A stretch of DNA of 64,000 nt from Eledone cirrhosa (Eukaryota). The stretch is taken from positions 207,886,001-207,950,000 of the forward strand of contig OZ024740.1 of assembly GCA_964016885.1 (NCBI GenBank), in the 5' to 3' direction. A program made the position numbers and the translations under genes. Within the stretch, counting starts at the first letter, position 1, and every line of letters starts with the position of its first letter. The notes beneath the pieces were generated by a model. That model saw nothing but the letters and a program-made list of their open reading frames with translations, had not been told where the DNA came from and ran no database searches. Shown in pieces: positions 25,500-41,598 of this stretch.

Positions 25500-25990
25500 A
25501 GCCTCCGACCGCTGTCCAGTCGTTACAGTGCCGGTCACCTTCCACGCCAAGCTGCTCTCAACGAGATCATAAAGCGTGGCTTGGATGCTGCAGTCTTCCC
25601 CTCCAAGCTCGAGTCGGTGGGGCTGTAAAGAGTGAACGGCAAAAAGCCAGATGGCATGACCATCTTCCTGTTCCGCGGTAGTAAACCTCTCATGTGGGAT
25701 GCCACATGCAGCGACACTTTCTCAACCTAGTGCTGTCTGTGCGTAATCTAGGCTCTACTGCACTTCAGACCGAAGAGGGTAAACTCTCCAAATATCGGTC
25801 GCTCTCATACAGGATTACGATCAAGCCCGTAGCAGTGGAGACTTCTGTTGTTCTTGGCCCTAGGACCACCTCCCTACTCGCCATCCTCCGGAGAAACGCC
25901 TTCTCTTCTCTGTCCGCCTGGATCGCGTGGCGGCCGGAGCGCGGGCTCTCATTTGCAGATGGGGTGAGCGAGAGAGACGAAGGCAGTGAG
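25500..25990 (+). mobile_element. CRE-clade-like non-LTR retrotransposon, restriction-like endonuclease remnant
   Basis: RQAALNEIIKRGL...GKKPDGMTIF...LMWDATCSDTF, then PVAVETS..LGP and RRNA. PD-(D/E)xK type, with stops and frameshifts. Confidence 0.8.
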
Positions 25991-26054
25991 TGAAAGAGTG
26001 AGAATATCAACGCGCACACGCACACATACATACTCATATCTCGCTCTCTCGCTA

Positions 26055-26096
<42 letters not shown>

Positions 26097-26100
<4 letters not shown>

Positions 26101-26265
26101 TATTCTATTCTAAGGCGGGTAAAATTCCCGAGATCCATGGACGAGTTCTCTCCAGCGGTCTCTGTCCCTCATTATCGCTGCCATGTCCTGCGTCTCCAAT
26201 AGACCAGTGTCTTTCCTTAGGGCATCAACATACGTTAACCTTGGTCTTCTTCTTCTAGTGTGCCC
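26097..26265 (-). mobile_element. LINE 3' end with (AGAAT)n tail, same family as 34394-35644
   Basis: RPRLTYVDALRKDTGL...RDRDRWRELV followed by the TAGAATAGAAT tail. Confidence 0.85.
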
Positions 26266-26381
26266 ATGTACATATACAAAAATTAGACAGAGCCATAAAT
26301 ATATATATGTGCTTTTTGGCAACCATTGACGGTGTGGCTCAATGACGAATTAATTAATTAAATAATCAACAATCAGAGCAA

Positions 26382-27111
26382 TATATAAGAAAGTAAGTCC
26401 ATAGAATCATTTGATAAAATATATACAGTATTTCCTCTCCCAATCAACATAATAAACCGCACAAAAAATCAATTAAACGAGGCTATAAGTTTAAAATGTA
26501 CCTATGAAGAAACAATAGATAAATAAATGATAGCTATTTTATCCGCGATCAACAGCCACAGCAGGTTTACCCAGTATTTCTAATAGCCCGTAGAAATTGA
26601 TTAGACATGCAGCCAACCATACACAATTAGGAACAAAATCAAAGTTAGAAGAAAAAATGTACATAAACATACCAAAATTATGTTTCTACCCCATGAGTTT
26701 TCATTCGCTTTTTGGAAATATCCGATCATGGATAAATTCACGAGTTTCGAAATCATCAGGAAACAAACTCAATTGGACAAAGATTTTTCTTAAATGATCC
26801 CCGCCAGAAACGAATTCAAAATGGCTAAGAATTGTCACATGGCCAGTGGTCAAGTTAGAAAGCTTGTGATTGGTGCTTGACGGCGAGTAGGTTGGTTGCT
26901 AGAAAGCGCAGCCGCATTAAAAATACTGGGTAAACCTTCTGTGGCTGTTGATCGTGGGTAAAATAGCTATCATTTATTTATCTATTGTTTCTTCAGAGGA
27001 ACATTTTAAACTTATAGCTTCGTTCAATTGATTTTTTTGTGTGGTTAATTATGCTGATTGGGAGAAGAAACAATGTATATATTTTATCAAATGATTCTAT
27101 GGACTTACTTT

Positions 27112-27119
<8 letters not shown>
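26382..27119. mobile_element. Fold-back element with ~200-bp terminal inverted repeats
   Basis: 26382-26584 is the reverse complement of 26916-27119. TA context at both ends. No coding capacity. Confidence 0.8.
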
Positions 27120-27171
<52 letters not shown>

Positions 27172-27468
27172 TTTTTCCCGTTGATACACCAAACCGGAAA
27201 ATTTAAAGGAGACGGGAACGTAGATTATATCGACTCCTACTTAATTAGATACTTTATTTTATCGATCCTGAAGTGTGAAAGGCAAAGTTGCATACTTACA
27301 TATTTCCACATCAGGTTGTATGCTTTTTTCGAGGTCTACGAAACAAGCATACGATTTAAACATACCAATAATACTAGAGCATGGTATTAAATTGTCACAG
27401 CTTCGATATTCCTGGCAATGTCTCAGGAAAGAATCACTGGAGAAATTTTAGGGGCAAAACCAACTAAT

Positions 27469-27655
27469 AGAAGAAGAAGAAGAAGAAGAAGAAGAAGAAG
27501 AAGAAGAAGAAGAAGAAGAAGAAGAAGAAGAAGAAGAAGAAGAAAAAGAAGAAGAAGAAGAAGAAGAAGAAGAAGAAGAAGAAGAAGAAGAAGAAGAAGA
27601 AGAAGAAGAAGAAGAAGAAGAAGAAGAAGAAGAAGAAGAAGAAGAAGAAGAAGAA
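27469..27655. repeat. (AAG)n microsatellite
   Basis: Direct inspection. Confidence 0.98.
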
Positions 27656-28403
27656 TGGTCTAAATGAAGAAAGGGAGATTCAGTTGGTGTAAGAAATCTA
27701 TGAAACAAAAAAAAACAGTAACAAAATACAATGCACATGGTGTTAAAAGTATAATAGAAGGGACTGGGCAATCATCATCAGCAGGTATTTGGCCTACGGA
27801 CTGTAAATATATTGCTAGAGTGAAGATGGCGTTGTTTCTCTATTACTGAAGTTGTTTAGCAGTTGCTGGTATTACCTGGCCCACAAGAAAGCAAACCTTC
27901 GAGCATTCGGCTAGTTTTAGTAAGAAATCTATAAATAGTAGTGAGTATGTTATTGGAATTTATCAATGTCATATTTACACGATAGCAATGTTATTCAATA
28001 CACACACACGCACGTGAACGCACACAGACACACACACTTTCAGATCACTGAATTTTCTCGTTGTTTTTATTTTGCTTTATACCAATATACCACGACTCAC
28101 TGCTATGTTTCCTACACTATTCTCTTCTCACTACTCACATCTCATCATCTTATCTCATAGATCTGTTTTTTTTTCTCAAAGTAATTTTTTTCGTTTCTGC
28201 CCCTGCCCACTCTCCTCTACCTTTCTATTTTTTCTTTAATTTCTCATTCTATTTTCCGATGAAGGAATAGCGTCCGAAATGAATGGTAAGATACTATATC
28301 AAGCGTAAAACTAATATATTTTTTTCATTGTACTGCTTTTTTTCTGTTTGCCTTTTCCCTATAAATCTTGCAATATATCTTTATGTAGATCAAATAATGC
28401 AAT

Positions 28404-28440
<37 letters not shown>

Positions 28441-29609
28441 TTAAGAAAACATATACAAAATACACCGTGAAATATGAATAATGATATTTGAAGATTCGTA
28501 TGGGACAAAGATAAAAATGACAAAAGACTTAAATATTGTTTTTAGAAAGTACAAGACGTATTAGACAAATCACTCTCTTTAAGGTAAATTTCTGAGAATA
28601 ACAACCAAATAGATTTAGGTGTATTATATAGTAGTTTAGACAGAATGCCACGAACTCAACTTAATTTAAATACTTAGGTGATTTGTGTGGTAGGTTCTCC
28701 ACAAACAATCACCAGAAGCGTATCATTTACGACAATTTGCATATCTACTTAAAGAGATTTTCTTGTAGTCTGGCATTTTTTGACCAAAACATCGTTCTTC
28801 CTTTTAACTGAACACATTTCTGAGATGAATATCATTAGTTTAGAATGATTCGTATTGAATGCTAATATTACCTTTAACAATGTGTCGGACGAATTTAGCT
28901 CAGAGTTTAAGTCGTTTCCAATTGTTTTTAATTTATGGCCAGCAAATGAAATTTTATAGTACCACCGTGAAAACGACAAGTATTAGAAGTATCAGACTTA
29001 AACTGTGATGTATGAGAGTCGTTAATACAGACAAGTTAATTAGCAAGAGATTTAATAGGAAACCTTGGAGGACACTAAATATCCTTTCTATGTTGTTGTT
29101 TTTTAAGTAACTCATTCAAAGGCAGAATTATTTTCAACTTTATACAACATGGTCATCAAAGAGTTATCTATAAAAACTTATTTTGTTTAAATGATTTCAA
29201 TGATAAAAACCTATTTTCGTTGTTTTTTGTGTTGTCTTTGTTTTGTACTTTGGTTGTTTAACCCTCGGTCAGCATTGATCGTGTTGAAATTATCCAATAA
29301 ATATTTCGTTTTTCAAGCAATAGTATGTTTTAAGGGAAATTGAAGCATAGTATGTTTTAAGTGATTTTTGGTTGTGTATTAAATATTCAGATGATCGAAA
29401 CGAAGTTATACCTTTATAACTTGTTTAGCAATATATTGTATCTATTTTTACAGTGTGATACGAGAACAATTTGGCTATTATTCCTAGTAGACCGAGCGAC
29501 TGTATCGAAAACTCTTTGTTTGATATTATGAACTGAAGTTCATAATATCAAAAAACATTTGCAACAAACATTTGGGCAGCAGTGTTGCGGGTATTTATTT
29601 CGGTTGATC

Positions 29610-29694
<85 letters not shown>

Positions 29695-29700
<6 letters not shown>

Positions 29701-30700
29701 AAATTAAGTATATGTGTGTGTGTCTGTGGGTCTGTGTATTACCTATAGGGGCCTACATCTTACGACCGATTTTCATGAAACTTTACAGGCTCATAGATTA
29801 ATCATCGGGAAGTGTTTTCTATATATCAGCGTATCGTTTTTTTTTATTCCGGGGTCATTTTGCCGATAAAAATCGATAGGGAGATCACCTTCTTTTAGGT
29901 ATCGAAAAATAAGATTTTTGGCTCTAGCTCCCACATTTTAACACCGATTTCGTTCAAATTTTAAAGCAAAATAGAATTTATCATTGCACATCCTGTAATG
30001 GCTTTATATTTTGCATTTGTTGTTCAGGGACGGCGTGGCAGCCGCTTAAATATTCAAAAATACCACTTTTAGACTCAAATTTCCAATTTTTCGGCTCTAG
30101 CTCCCACATTAATCAACCTACTTTGTTCAAATTTTACACTACGCTATATCTGATTATTTCACGTCTTAAAATAGCTTTACATTTTGGATGTTTTGTCCAG
30201 GAACGGCGTGTCAGCCGCTTAAATATTCGAAAATACCACCTTTTCGTTCAAATTTCCGCCTTTTAGGCTCTAGCTCCCACATTTTTCAACTGATTTCGTT
30301 CAAATTCGAAACTTCGGCTCCACATCACACATAAATAAAATTATTTGGTTCAACTTTTATACAACGATAGTACCTATAATTAAACATCTTATAGATGGTC
30401 AAAGGCAAAACGATGGCCACTTACGTTGCCTGAGCTTTTAGTTGTGTATTTGAGAATTCATCGGTTTCCAATCAAGTAGCTTGAGGAAATTTGGCTTAGT
30501 GTTAGAGGTCATTACCCCCCTCCCCCAGCATGCCCCGTCGTCAGTCACTCGCGTTTCTCAGTGATAGAGGTCATCGCCACCCTCCCCCGCATGGCCTGTG
30601 TGTGGCCATATATGAGTCATCGAGAAGCAGTCGCTAAGATCAACACCTTTTCATCAAAGCAGATATTATTTTACCTACCCAGACAACGCTGGGTACTGCT
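29695..30700 (+). mobile_element. Helitron family 1, second copy
   Basis: Reverse complement of 20755-21612 with a different tandem-unit arrangement and extra sequence at ~30395-30625. Ends CCCAGACAACGCTGGGTACTGCT. Confidence 0.8.
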
Positions 30701-30712
30701 TAATATAAAAAA

Positions 30713-30810
30713 GGTTCTACAAGTCTAGAACTGTTTCATTCGTGAGAAATCATCAGGTGCTTCCTGATGATTTCTCAAGAATGAAACAGTTCTAGTCCTG
30801 TAGAAGCTTT
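30713..30810. repeat. Palindrome centred just upstream of a hammerhead-like CTGATGA
   Basis: CTAGAACTGTTTCATTC..GAGAAATCATCAGG-TGCTT-CCTGATGATTTCTC..GAATGAAACAGTTCTAG. Confidence 0.8.
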
Positions 30811-30889
30811 TCTATATTAAATATTTATACTCTGCTTTGTATTGAGTATCTTATTTACTGTGGTTACCCCCGATTGAACCCGGGATAAA

Positions 30890-30949
<60 letters not shown>

Positions 30950-30961
30950 CACACACATATG

Positions 30962-30996
<35 letters not shown>

Positions 30997-31181
30997 ATAA
31001 GAGGGTGGACTGAAAGGTTTATAGGCTGACAATGAAGGATTGATTCTAGGTCTTTGAAATCTTGCATGCATTGATTTCAACTCTGCTTATTAATAACTGC
31101 ATTGTTTCTTTCCAAGGACTATTTAAAAAATAAATCTCATTCCATGAGAGTATCTTGGTCAGCCTATGGTATTTTCAGCCG

Positions 31182-31281
<100 letters not shown>

Positions 31282-31668
31282 AGTTAAAATAAAACACTTG
31301 AGGGAACATTCCGCACTGGTCAATAATTCTGTGATTATCCAGATATTATTTTCTTCTGGTGCAATTCTTAAATTATGCCTAAATGTAACGTTGTTCTCCA
31401 TATCTCAATTTGCTGGCATCTTACCAACATCAACTTATATCCGGGCGTTAAGCCTTCACTTAAGAGTTTTCACCATGAAGATATTTCAAATGAGTTGACC
31501 TCACGTTGAGAATGTTGAATCTTGATAGGTTGATTCACCTCTAACCCTATAAACTTATGCACGCCCACAAAAACACACACACATACAAACACATATACAC
31601 AAACACGTACACACATACACACACAGACTCATATATATATAAATATATATATGTGTGTGTGTGTGTGC

Positions 31669-31730
<62 letters not shown>

Positions 31731-31787
31731 TATTCAATTGATGAGAATATATAGGATGTTTCCCCCCAAAATGTACACTTCAACAGC

Positions 31788-31839
<52 letters not shown>

Positions 31840-32169
31840 AAAGTTTGTCCTTCATCAGTGATCTTCCAACCATCATAGGCATTTCATCGCTTTAAAGACC
31901 ATATACCTCCGGTTGGTGCGAGCAACGGCTAAAAAAAGACGTTGGGACACGTAAATAAAGGGGACGCGAGGGTAAACAAACGAAATGGTGAAGCAACAGA
32001 AAGTGAGGAAGAAAGAGACAAGTCCCAGATTTCTATGAATTTAAATTCGGTGAAATCGTGAACGAGAGAATAAAGACCATCAAACCTGGTTGAAATGTGA
32101 GCAAGGAAGGAATTTCGCACAGGTCTAACGGGAGGAAGGAGGGGTCTGGTCTGCGAATTCGGTAAACAT

Positions 32170-32420
32170 AAGTTATGAATCTTTTTATGTGTTTTAGGAA
32201 AAGTTTAAGCAGGATATCTAGGAAGTTCCTTAGGCGGGGGGAGGGGGTTTCACATGTGGTACCTGCTATTATAGTCTTAATTTAAGGTCATCAGGAGGGG
32301 GTATATTGATGTAAATGTCTGTGCTTGCTTGCAGGCCCTGCATATTACTTCGCTTTTGTGTGTCTTTGGGATACCGTAGAAAAGGGTGGTGCTGCTTTTG
32401 AAATTGGTGATGTAGTTGTA
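32170..32420 (-). pseudogene. Penelope-type reverse transcriptase N-terminal fragment
   Basis: LFYGIPKTHKS...PPPDDLKLR..IAGTTCET...RLRNFLDILLK, with frameshifts. Matches the PLE YGLPKIHK and RPII motifs. Confidence 0.8.
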
Positions 32421-32437
32421 TATATATATATATATAT

Positions 32438-32752
32438 ATTGTTTATACTTTGGGAGGGTCATGTTGCCAATAAGAAACACACGCACCAGTTGCTTTCACT
32501 CCAATTTATTATAAAATGTGTGACGAAAGAACTTTGACAATATATGAACAACCGTCCGGTTGTGGAACCAACCAACCAACGGGAAATTTATAAAAAAAAA
32601 TTTTAATTTATAATTTCATTTATAATAAATTGGAGTGAACTACTAGTGCGTGTGTTTCTTATTGGCAACATGACTCTCCCAAAGTATAACAATATCGGTT
32701 TCAACACACGTTTTCAGATAAAGAATCTTGCTAAACAAATTCAGAAACGAAA
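32438..32752 (+). mobile_element. pLTR of the 16486 family, truncated inside hammerhead stem II and joined to an inverted arm
   Basis: The sense part begins TGTGTGAC-GAAAGAACTTTGAC at ~32517. Bases 32440-32515 are inverted relative to 32620-32692. Confidence 0.8.
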
Positions 32753-32805
32753 TATATATATATATACAGTAAGTAAGGTACTCAATACATTCGAAGAGTG
32801 TAAAC

Positions 32806-32914
32806 ATCAAGTTTAATATAGAATTTGGCTTCTACAGAACTAGAAATGTTTCATTCGATTTCTTTCGAATGAAACTTTTTTAGTCCTGTAGTAGCCATTT
32901 CTATATTAAACTTG

Positions 32915-32915
<1 letters not shown>
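32806..32915. repeat. Palindrome centred in stem II of the hammerhead-like motif
   Basis: ATCAAGTTTAATATAGAA..GGCTTCTACAG..TTTCATTCG-ATTTCTTT-CGAATGAAAC..CTGTAGTAGCC..TTCTATATTAAACTTGAT. Confidence 0.8.
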
Positions 32916-32954
<39 letters not shown>

Positions 32955-32991
32955 ATATTTATTCATATATATATATGTATATATATATATG

Positions 32992-33045
32992 TGGAAAAAA
33001 TAAAACGAAATTTCATTTCTCACTCTTAGTACGGCTGTTTATATA

Positions 33046-33093
<48 letters not shown>

Positions 33094-33332
33094 TATGTAT
33101 ATAACACTGTACAGCGTAATTCGGGCTGTTTGTTTACAAACAAACCGAACATTATAATAAATGTTCGGTAAACCCATACCTACATATACATATATATATA
33201 TGTGTGCATGTATGTATATATATACATACTACTGTACGTCTGTACACATATATGTATGTACGTATACATACTTATATTTAAGTATCAACCGTACTAAGAG
33301 TGAGAAATCTAATTTCGTTTCATTCTTTTCCA
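32992..33332. mobile_element. ACTAGT-HHR family pLTR fragment with inverted terminal arm
   Basis: ACGAAATTTCATTTCTCACTCTTAGTACGG pairs with CCGTACTAAGAGTGAGAAATCTAATTTCGT. Confidence 0.75.
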
Positions 33333-33409
33333 TCTATATATATATTTATACATATATATATATATATACATATATATACACACACACATATATATCTGTA
33401 TATATATAT

Positions 33410-33462
<53 letters not shown>

Positions 33463-33480
33463 CATATATATATATATATA

Positions 33481-33677
33481 TAACGAAGGAAATGTGGTAA
33501 GGAACCAGGTGGACCATAACGCACCAAAGTACTCAATACTTGGGGTAGTAGAGTGGGTAATAGGAACCAGTAAGACCCCGACGGCTGAGCTCAAGCCGTT
33601 TCGACGGCTAATTCTGGACTCAGTCCAGAATTAGCCGTCGAAACGGCTTGAGCTCAGCCGTCGGGGTCTTACTGGTT

Positions 33678-33682
<5 letters not shown>
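33481..33682 (-). mobile_element. Palindromic hammerhead-foldback element, copy B
   Basis: Essentially perfect palindrome 33560-33682 centred on GGACT-C-AGTCC, flanked by (TA)n. Confidence 0.85.
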
Positions 33683-35644
<1,962 letters not shown>

Positions 35645-35676
35645 ATATGTATATATATATACATATATATATAAGT

Positions 35677-35786
35677 TGAAAAAAATGAAAACGAAATTTC
35701 ATTTCTCACTCTTAGTATGGCACTTACTTAAATGTAAGTATGTATGTATACGTACATACATATATGTATACAGACGTACAGTAGCA

Positions 35787-35865
<79 letters not shown>

Positions 35866-36365
35866 GCATACAGGTACACATACATATATGCACGCATCAG
35901 TTTAGCCGACGTTTATTATAACGCCGCTTTGTTCGTTTGTTTGTCAACAAACCGAACAGCCTGAATTTATGCCATACGGTGTTAAGGCAACCACGTCACC
36001 TTTTTGTTCAACACTGACACAGGAACGATGTACTAGTTTCAAGCTTGTTAGCTATCATCAGCACCGTTTACCCATCTGCCAGATAGTTGAACGTTCGAAA
36101 GTATATACTTTCCTTATGAAAATTAACGGCTGAGCAGCCTAATTTGCATATTGAGTGAGTTAAATCGGTCAGGCATACCGAAAACGATAAGTTGACAAAC
36201 AAACGAACAAAGCGGCGTTATAATAAACGTCGGCTAAACTGATGCGTGCATATATGTATGTGTACCTGTATGCATATGTGTATACATATATATATATATA
36301 TATATATATGCATGCTACTGTACGTCTGTATACATATATGTATGTACGTATACATACATACTTAC
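35677..36365 (-). mobile_element. ACTAGT-HHR family element with long inverted arm
   Basis: 35735-35948 is inverted at 36191-36365. Hammerhead on the minus strand in the spacer. Confidence 0.85.
36025..36067 (-). ncRNA. Minimal type-I hammerhead ribozyme
   Basis: ACGGTG-CTGATGA-T-AGCT-AACA-AGCT-T-GAAAC-TA-GTA-CATCGT. Confidence 0.85.
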
Positions 36366-37069
<704 letters not shown>

Positions 37070-37094
37070 ATTTATTTGTAGATGGTCAATATCA

Positions 37095-38075
37095 CTATCA
37101 ACACCATTACTACCACAGTTGCCATCATTCCAACCATTACCGTTAACACGTCCTCCGTCACCACCATCACTACCAACACAACCACCATCACCACCTCTAC
37201 CAACACCAACTCCACCATCATCACCATTACAACCAACACCATCACCACCACCTCCACTACCACCATCAGACCAACACCACCAAAACCATCCCCCCACCGC
37301 CACCACCATCACTACCAACACAACCACCACCGACACCTACACCACCACAAACACCACCAACATCACCACCATAACCACCACCACCACCAACATAACCACC
37401 ACCACCACAACCACCACCATCACCACCACCACCACCGACAACACCACCACCACTATCACCGCCATCCTCACCACCACCAACATCACCACCATCACCACCA
37501 CCACCACCAACATCACCACCACCACCACAACCACCACCATCACCACCACCACCACCGACAATACCACCACCACCACCAACATCACCACCATAACCACCAC
37601 CATCAACATCACCACCCTCACCACCCTCACCACCACCAACAACAACACCACCACCACCAACAACATCACCACCACCAACAACGTCACCACCACCACAACC
37701 CCCACCTCCACCGACACCACCACCACCACCACCATCACCACTACCACCACCACCACCACCATCACCACTACCACCACCACCACCACCACCACCACCATCA
37801 TCACCACCACAACCTCCACCATCATCACCACCATCATCACCACCACCAACACCAACATCACCATCATCATCACAACCACCACCACCTCCACCGACACCAC
37901 CAGCACCATCATCATCACCACTACCACCACCACTACCACCACCACCATCACCACCACAATCTCCATCATCGTCACCACCATCATCACCATCACCACCATC
38001 ACTGACACCACCACTACCTCCACCGACACCACCAGCACCACCACTTCCACCGATACCACTACCAGCGACACCTAC
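37095..38075. repeat. (ACC)n-rich low-complexity tract
   Basis: The poly-Thr/His/Val ORFs are artefactual. Confidence 0.9.
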
Positions 38076-38309
38076 ATCTCCGCAACTGATGACGACGACT
38101 CTAATGTTATCAATAAGTCAATTACTAACACAGTATCTATGCTAGCTAATCTAGCTTAATCTACATTTCATACACTACTTATCTATTCAGACTTAACTTT
38201 ATTAGTCGGTCAACTTAATCAATAAAACTCTCTGGAGAGCTAAGGAAATTCGTGAAAATTTCTTCATGAAAATTACGAAAGGTTTTAGTGGTAGAAGCTT
38301 CTATATTAT

Positions 38310-38510
38310 TAATTTTCAACTTTAGGCACAAGGCTAGTAATTTGAAGGGGCGGGGAATGTCAATTAAATCGACCCCAGTGCATGCCTGGTGCTTTATTTT
38401 ATCGATCCCGTAAGGATGAAAGACAAAGCTAATCTCGGCGAGATTTGAACTTAGAATGCAAAGGGCCATAACTGTTGCAAAGCATGGTGTCCGATGCTAC
38501 CAATCCACCG
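38310..38510 (-). mobile_element. SINE copy
   Basis: Reverse-complement core and head. Confidence 0.85.
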
Positions 38511-38526
38511 CTCTGTATTATTACTA

Positions 38527-39008
38527 GCTAAACTATAATAAAGTAAGAAGCGCGGGACTGCGTACGGTTTATAATTTTTTATCCCATTAGTAAAATAAGT
38601 TGGATTACTTTGAATAAATAATGAATGAATATTACATAATTTATCTGCTTAATTTCGTGGCTGTTCATTAAATATATTTTATTATTTATTGAAAGATTCA
38701 CTTCTTTAAAATTTTCAAGTGTCAACACTTTCAGTGGCCATCGCTTAAATAAGCATATTAATTTTCTGTCACTAATTTTCTCCTAATGCAGTTTATATAT
38801 AATATCGTCTTTTTTTTAATACATCATGGATTACGTTACTGATTACATAAGACAATGTAACGCAGTCTTCGTTCAATTTCTGTGTATATTGTCAATTACG
38901 ATTTTATTTGATGTATCATATCTACATGTATATATACCTGCGTATAATATCAATATACACACTACACATGCTGGCAGAAAACCACCCGAAGGCTGGTTTT
39001 TCTGCTAG
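38527..39008 (+). mobile_element. Helitron family 2, second copy
   Basis: Homologous to 22402-23039. Hairpin CAGAAAACCA..TGGTTTTTCTG then CTAG|T. Confidence 0.8.
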
Positions 39009-39011
39009 TAT

Positions 39012-39170
39012 TAATAATTGTTTCTACTTTAGGCACAAGGCCAGCAATTACCCAGTGCATTACTGGTACTTTATTTTATCGACCTTGTAAGGATGAAAGG
39101 CAAAGTCAACCTCGACGGGATTTGAACTCAGATCGTAAAGGGACGTAACTATGCTGGAAAGCATGGCGAA
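39012..39170 (-). mobile_element. SINE copy (5'-truncated)
   Basis: Reverse-complement core. Confidence 0.85.
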
Positions 39171-39862
39171 TGTTTGGTGTAATGTCGGTTTTGATTATAT
39201 GTCTTCAACGACAGCCAATTTTAAAGGGGTTCGTTCTCTATGGTAGCCAAGCCTAGATTTAATGGGTTGGGTGGTGGCAAAGGTGGCAATTGTCCCGGAC
39301 CTTCTGCTGTGGCAGGCCCCAGCAGTGACAGCTGTAACAATTTATTTGTGCCCTCAGCTGGGCTTTTTAGTTTTAGGATGGTTAGAATATTTTTATTTAA
39401 CACCTGTATGTATAACTTTTCAATTCCTATTACTGGTGCCAAGCAAACTTTGATATGTAAATTTGGGAGGTTTGCTGTGTATTCTAATTTTTTTTGCGTA
39501 TGAGCCCCCAACCTGAAATGCGCCCACCCCACACCCCAAGGTATAAATCCAAATCCTGACGTTGGCTCCACTTGTATTGATTTAGCAGCAGCAACAGATT
39601 CTCTCTCAGAATTACATTTACAATCTTAAACTTGGAAGGGTATATTTCAAAATGTTGACCTGGAATAAAGAAGAGATGGTTAGGGTTGGGTTGTCTTTGT
39701 TTACATTTCTGTCCGATCAAGGTTGGCTCAATTACAACAACAACAACAACAGCATCGACACTGCCGTTTCTCTAGAAAGTCTTTTACAAAGATTCGGGGC
39801 CGAAACAATAAACATTATTTTTTCAATATTTGCACTATCTGCTTTGTACAAATAACATTGTG

Positions 39863-40150
39863 GAGGCGTGTGGCCTAGTGGTAAGGATGTTAGACTTACG
39901 ATCATAATATCGTGGGTTCGATTCCTGGGCTGGGTTGTGTGTTGTGTTCTTGAGAAAAACACCTCATTCCACGTTGCTCCAATATACTCAGTTGAAAATG
40001 CGTACCAGCAATAGCGGAGGTTTAACACTGTGACGGACTGGCGTCCTGTCCAGAGAGGAGTCTTGTACTCTCAGTTGCTTCATGCCACGGAAACTGGGAT
40101 AAGCTCCGGCCTGGTGGGCCTCCGAGCTCGAGACAGACTTTAGACAAACA
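39863..40150 (+). mobile_element. tRNA-derived CORE-type SINE
   Basis: GGAGGCGTGTGGCCTAGTGGTAAGG...GGGTTCGATTCC, then a CORE-like TGTGTTCTTGAG..ACACCTCATTCCACGTTGCTCC. Confidence 0.8.
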
Positions 40151-41093
40151 TTAATAAGAGTTTCACAGTCACATCCGAGAAACATTTGCCAGTAATCTTT
40201 CAGAGAATATTGCGAAAATTAGCAGCAGATAATTTATATGTTATAGCCACTGTTCTTGAACTACTCTGTATTATAGAAGGAAAAAAAAGAAAAGGGTTGT
40301 CATTTTTAAGAGTTAATAATAGTCGAGCCATATTTGAACTAACTGAAGTTGATTTTTGTAGAGAAATTTTATGGGTTGTGACGTTCGGACGTCTTAGAAT
40401 TTTGGAATATTTCCAAGAAATAACTCCACATGGAATTCTTCAGTTTTATATATGTATGTACGTATGTATGTATAAATGTATGTATGTATATATAAATGTA
40501 TGTATGTATGTACGTATGTATGTACGTATAAATGTATGTATGTATAAATGTATGTATGTTTATATGCACGTATGTATATATGTACGTGTATATATATATA
40601 TATGTAGTTATGTGTGCATACATGTATGTATGTATGTATGCATTTATGTATGTATACATGCATGTGTGTTGTGAAGTATGCATGTATATGTGTATATATA
40701 TATATGTCCAGTACAAGACGTTTCTTCATTTAAAACAGCTTCAAACCCAGACATAACTTGATCTAAACAACATTTACGTGTTGCGTGAGAATGGCCTTTC
40801 TTTTTTACTTTTGCTCTACAGAAAGGAATCTAAGACATTGGCAGGGCTAAAACATCATGTTTATACCACCTACGTATGAGAAAAAGATTAAGAGGTGGCA
40901 GTTCTAGAAACAGAGATGCAGTCATTATATATGCATATTGAGTATGTATGTATACATGTATGCATCAATGCATTTATATGTATTTTTGTGTGCCTGTGTG
41001 TGTATGCGTATGTGTGTGTGTATGCATACATGCATGTATGTATATTCTTCTGGTTTTATTATTTCACAAGTTTTACCAATAAATGTAAGTATG

Positions 41094-41131
<38 letters not shown>

Positions 41132-41149
41132 TTATGTATGTATGTATGT

Positions 41150-41518
41150 CAGATCGCTCTCAAGTGCTACTGGTAACGTGTAACCCAGTACAACCTGTCT
41201 CATGGTCGGGTCGTCGGCGACTAAACCAGCAACCCCACCAAGCTAGCTGGTTGAAGAGGGTGATATTTGGACACCCTGCGGGATGAAATACAAGACCCGG
41301 CAAAGGGCGGAGGAACTCAACAGAGTCAACGGCCTTTCAAATAGTAGTTTTTCGGGGGGGGGGGGTCACCTGGGAGTGAAAGGCCCCCAGTTGTTGTCAC
41401 AACACCTTTCTAAGAGAGGGGAACACTGAAAAAACCTGTAGCTTCGGAAGCATCCGATGATGTTGACCAGTTCTCCTTTTCGGGTAGTGTTTACGATGCT
41501 CAAAGAGTGGGATTGGTC

Positions 41519-41522
<4 letters not shown>
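41150..41522 (+). mobile_element. RTE-tailed non-autonomous family, copy 2 (3'-truncated)
   Basis: Homologous to 1366-1735. Confidence 0.8.

Positions 41523-41598
<76 letters not shown>

Noticed and set aside
27418-27771. Poly-Arg / poly-Ser ORFs
   Set aside because: (AAG)n microsatellite.
27877-27929. Further minus-strand exon candidate (53 nt)
   Set aside because: Weak acceptor, and the phase change is not matched by another candidate.
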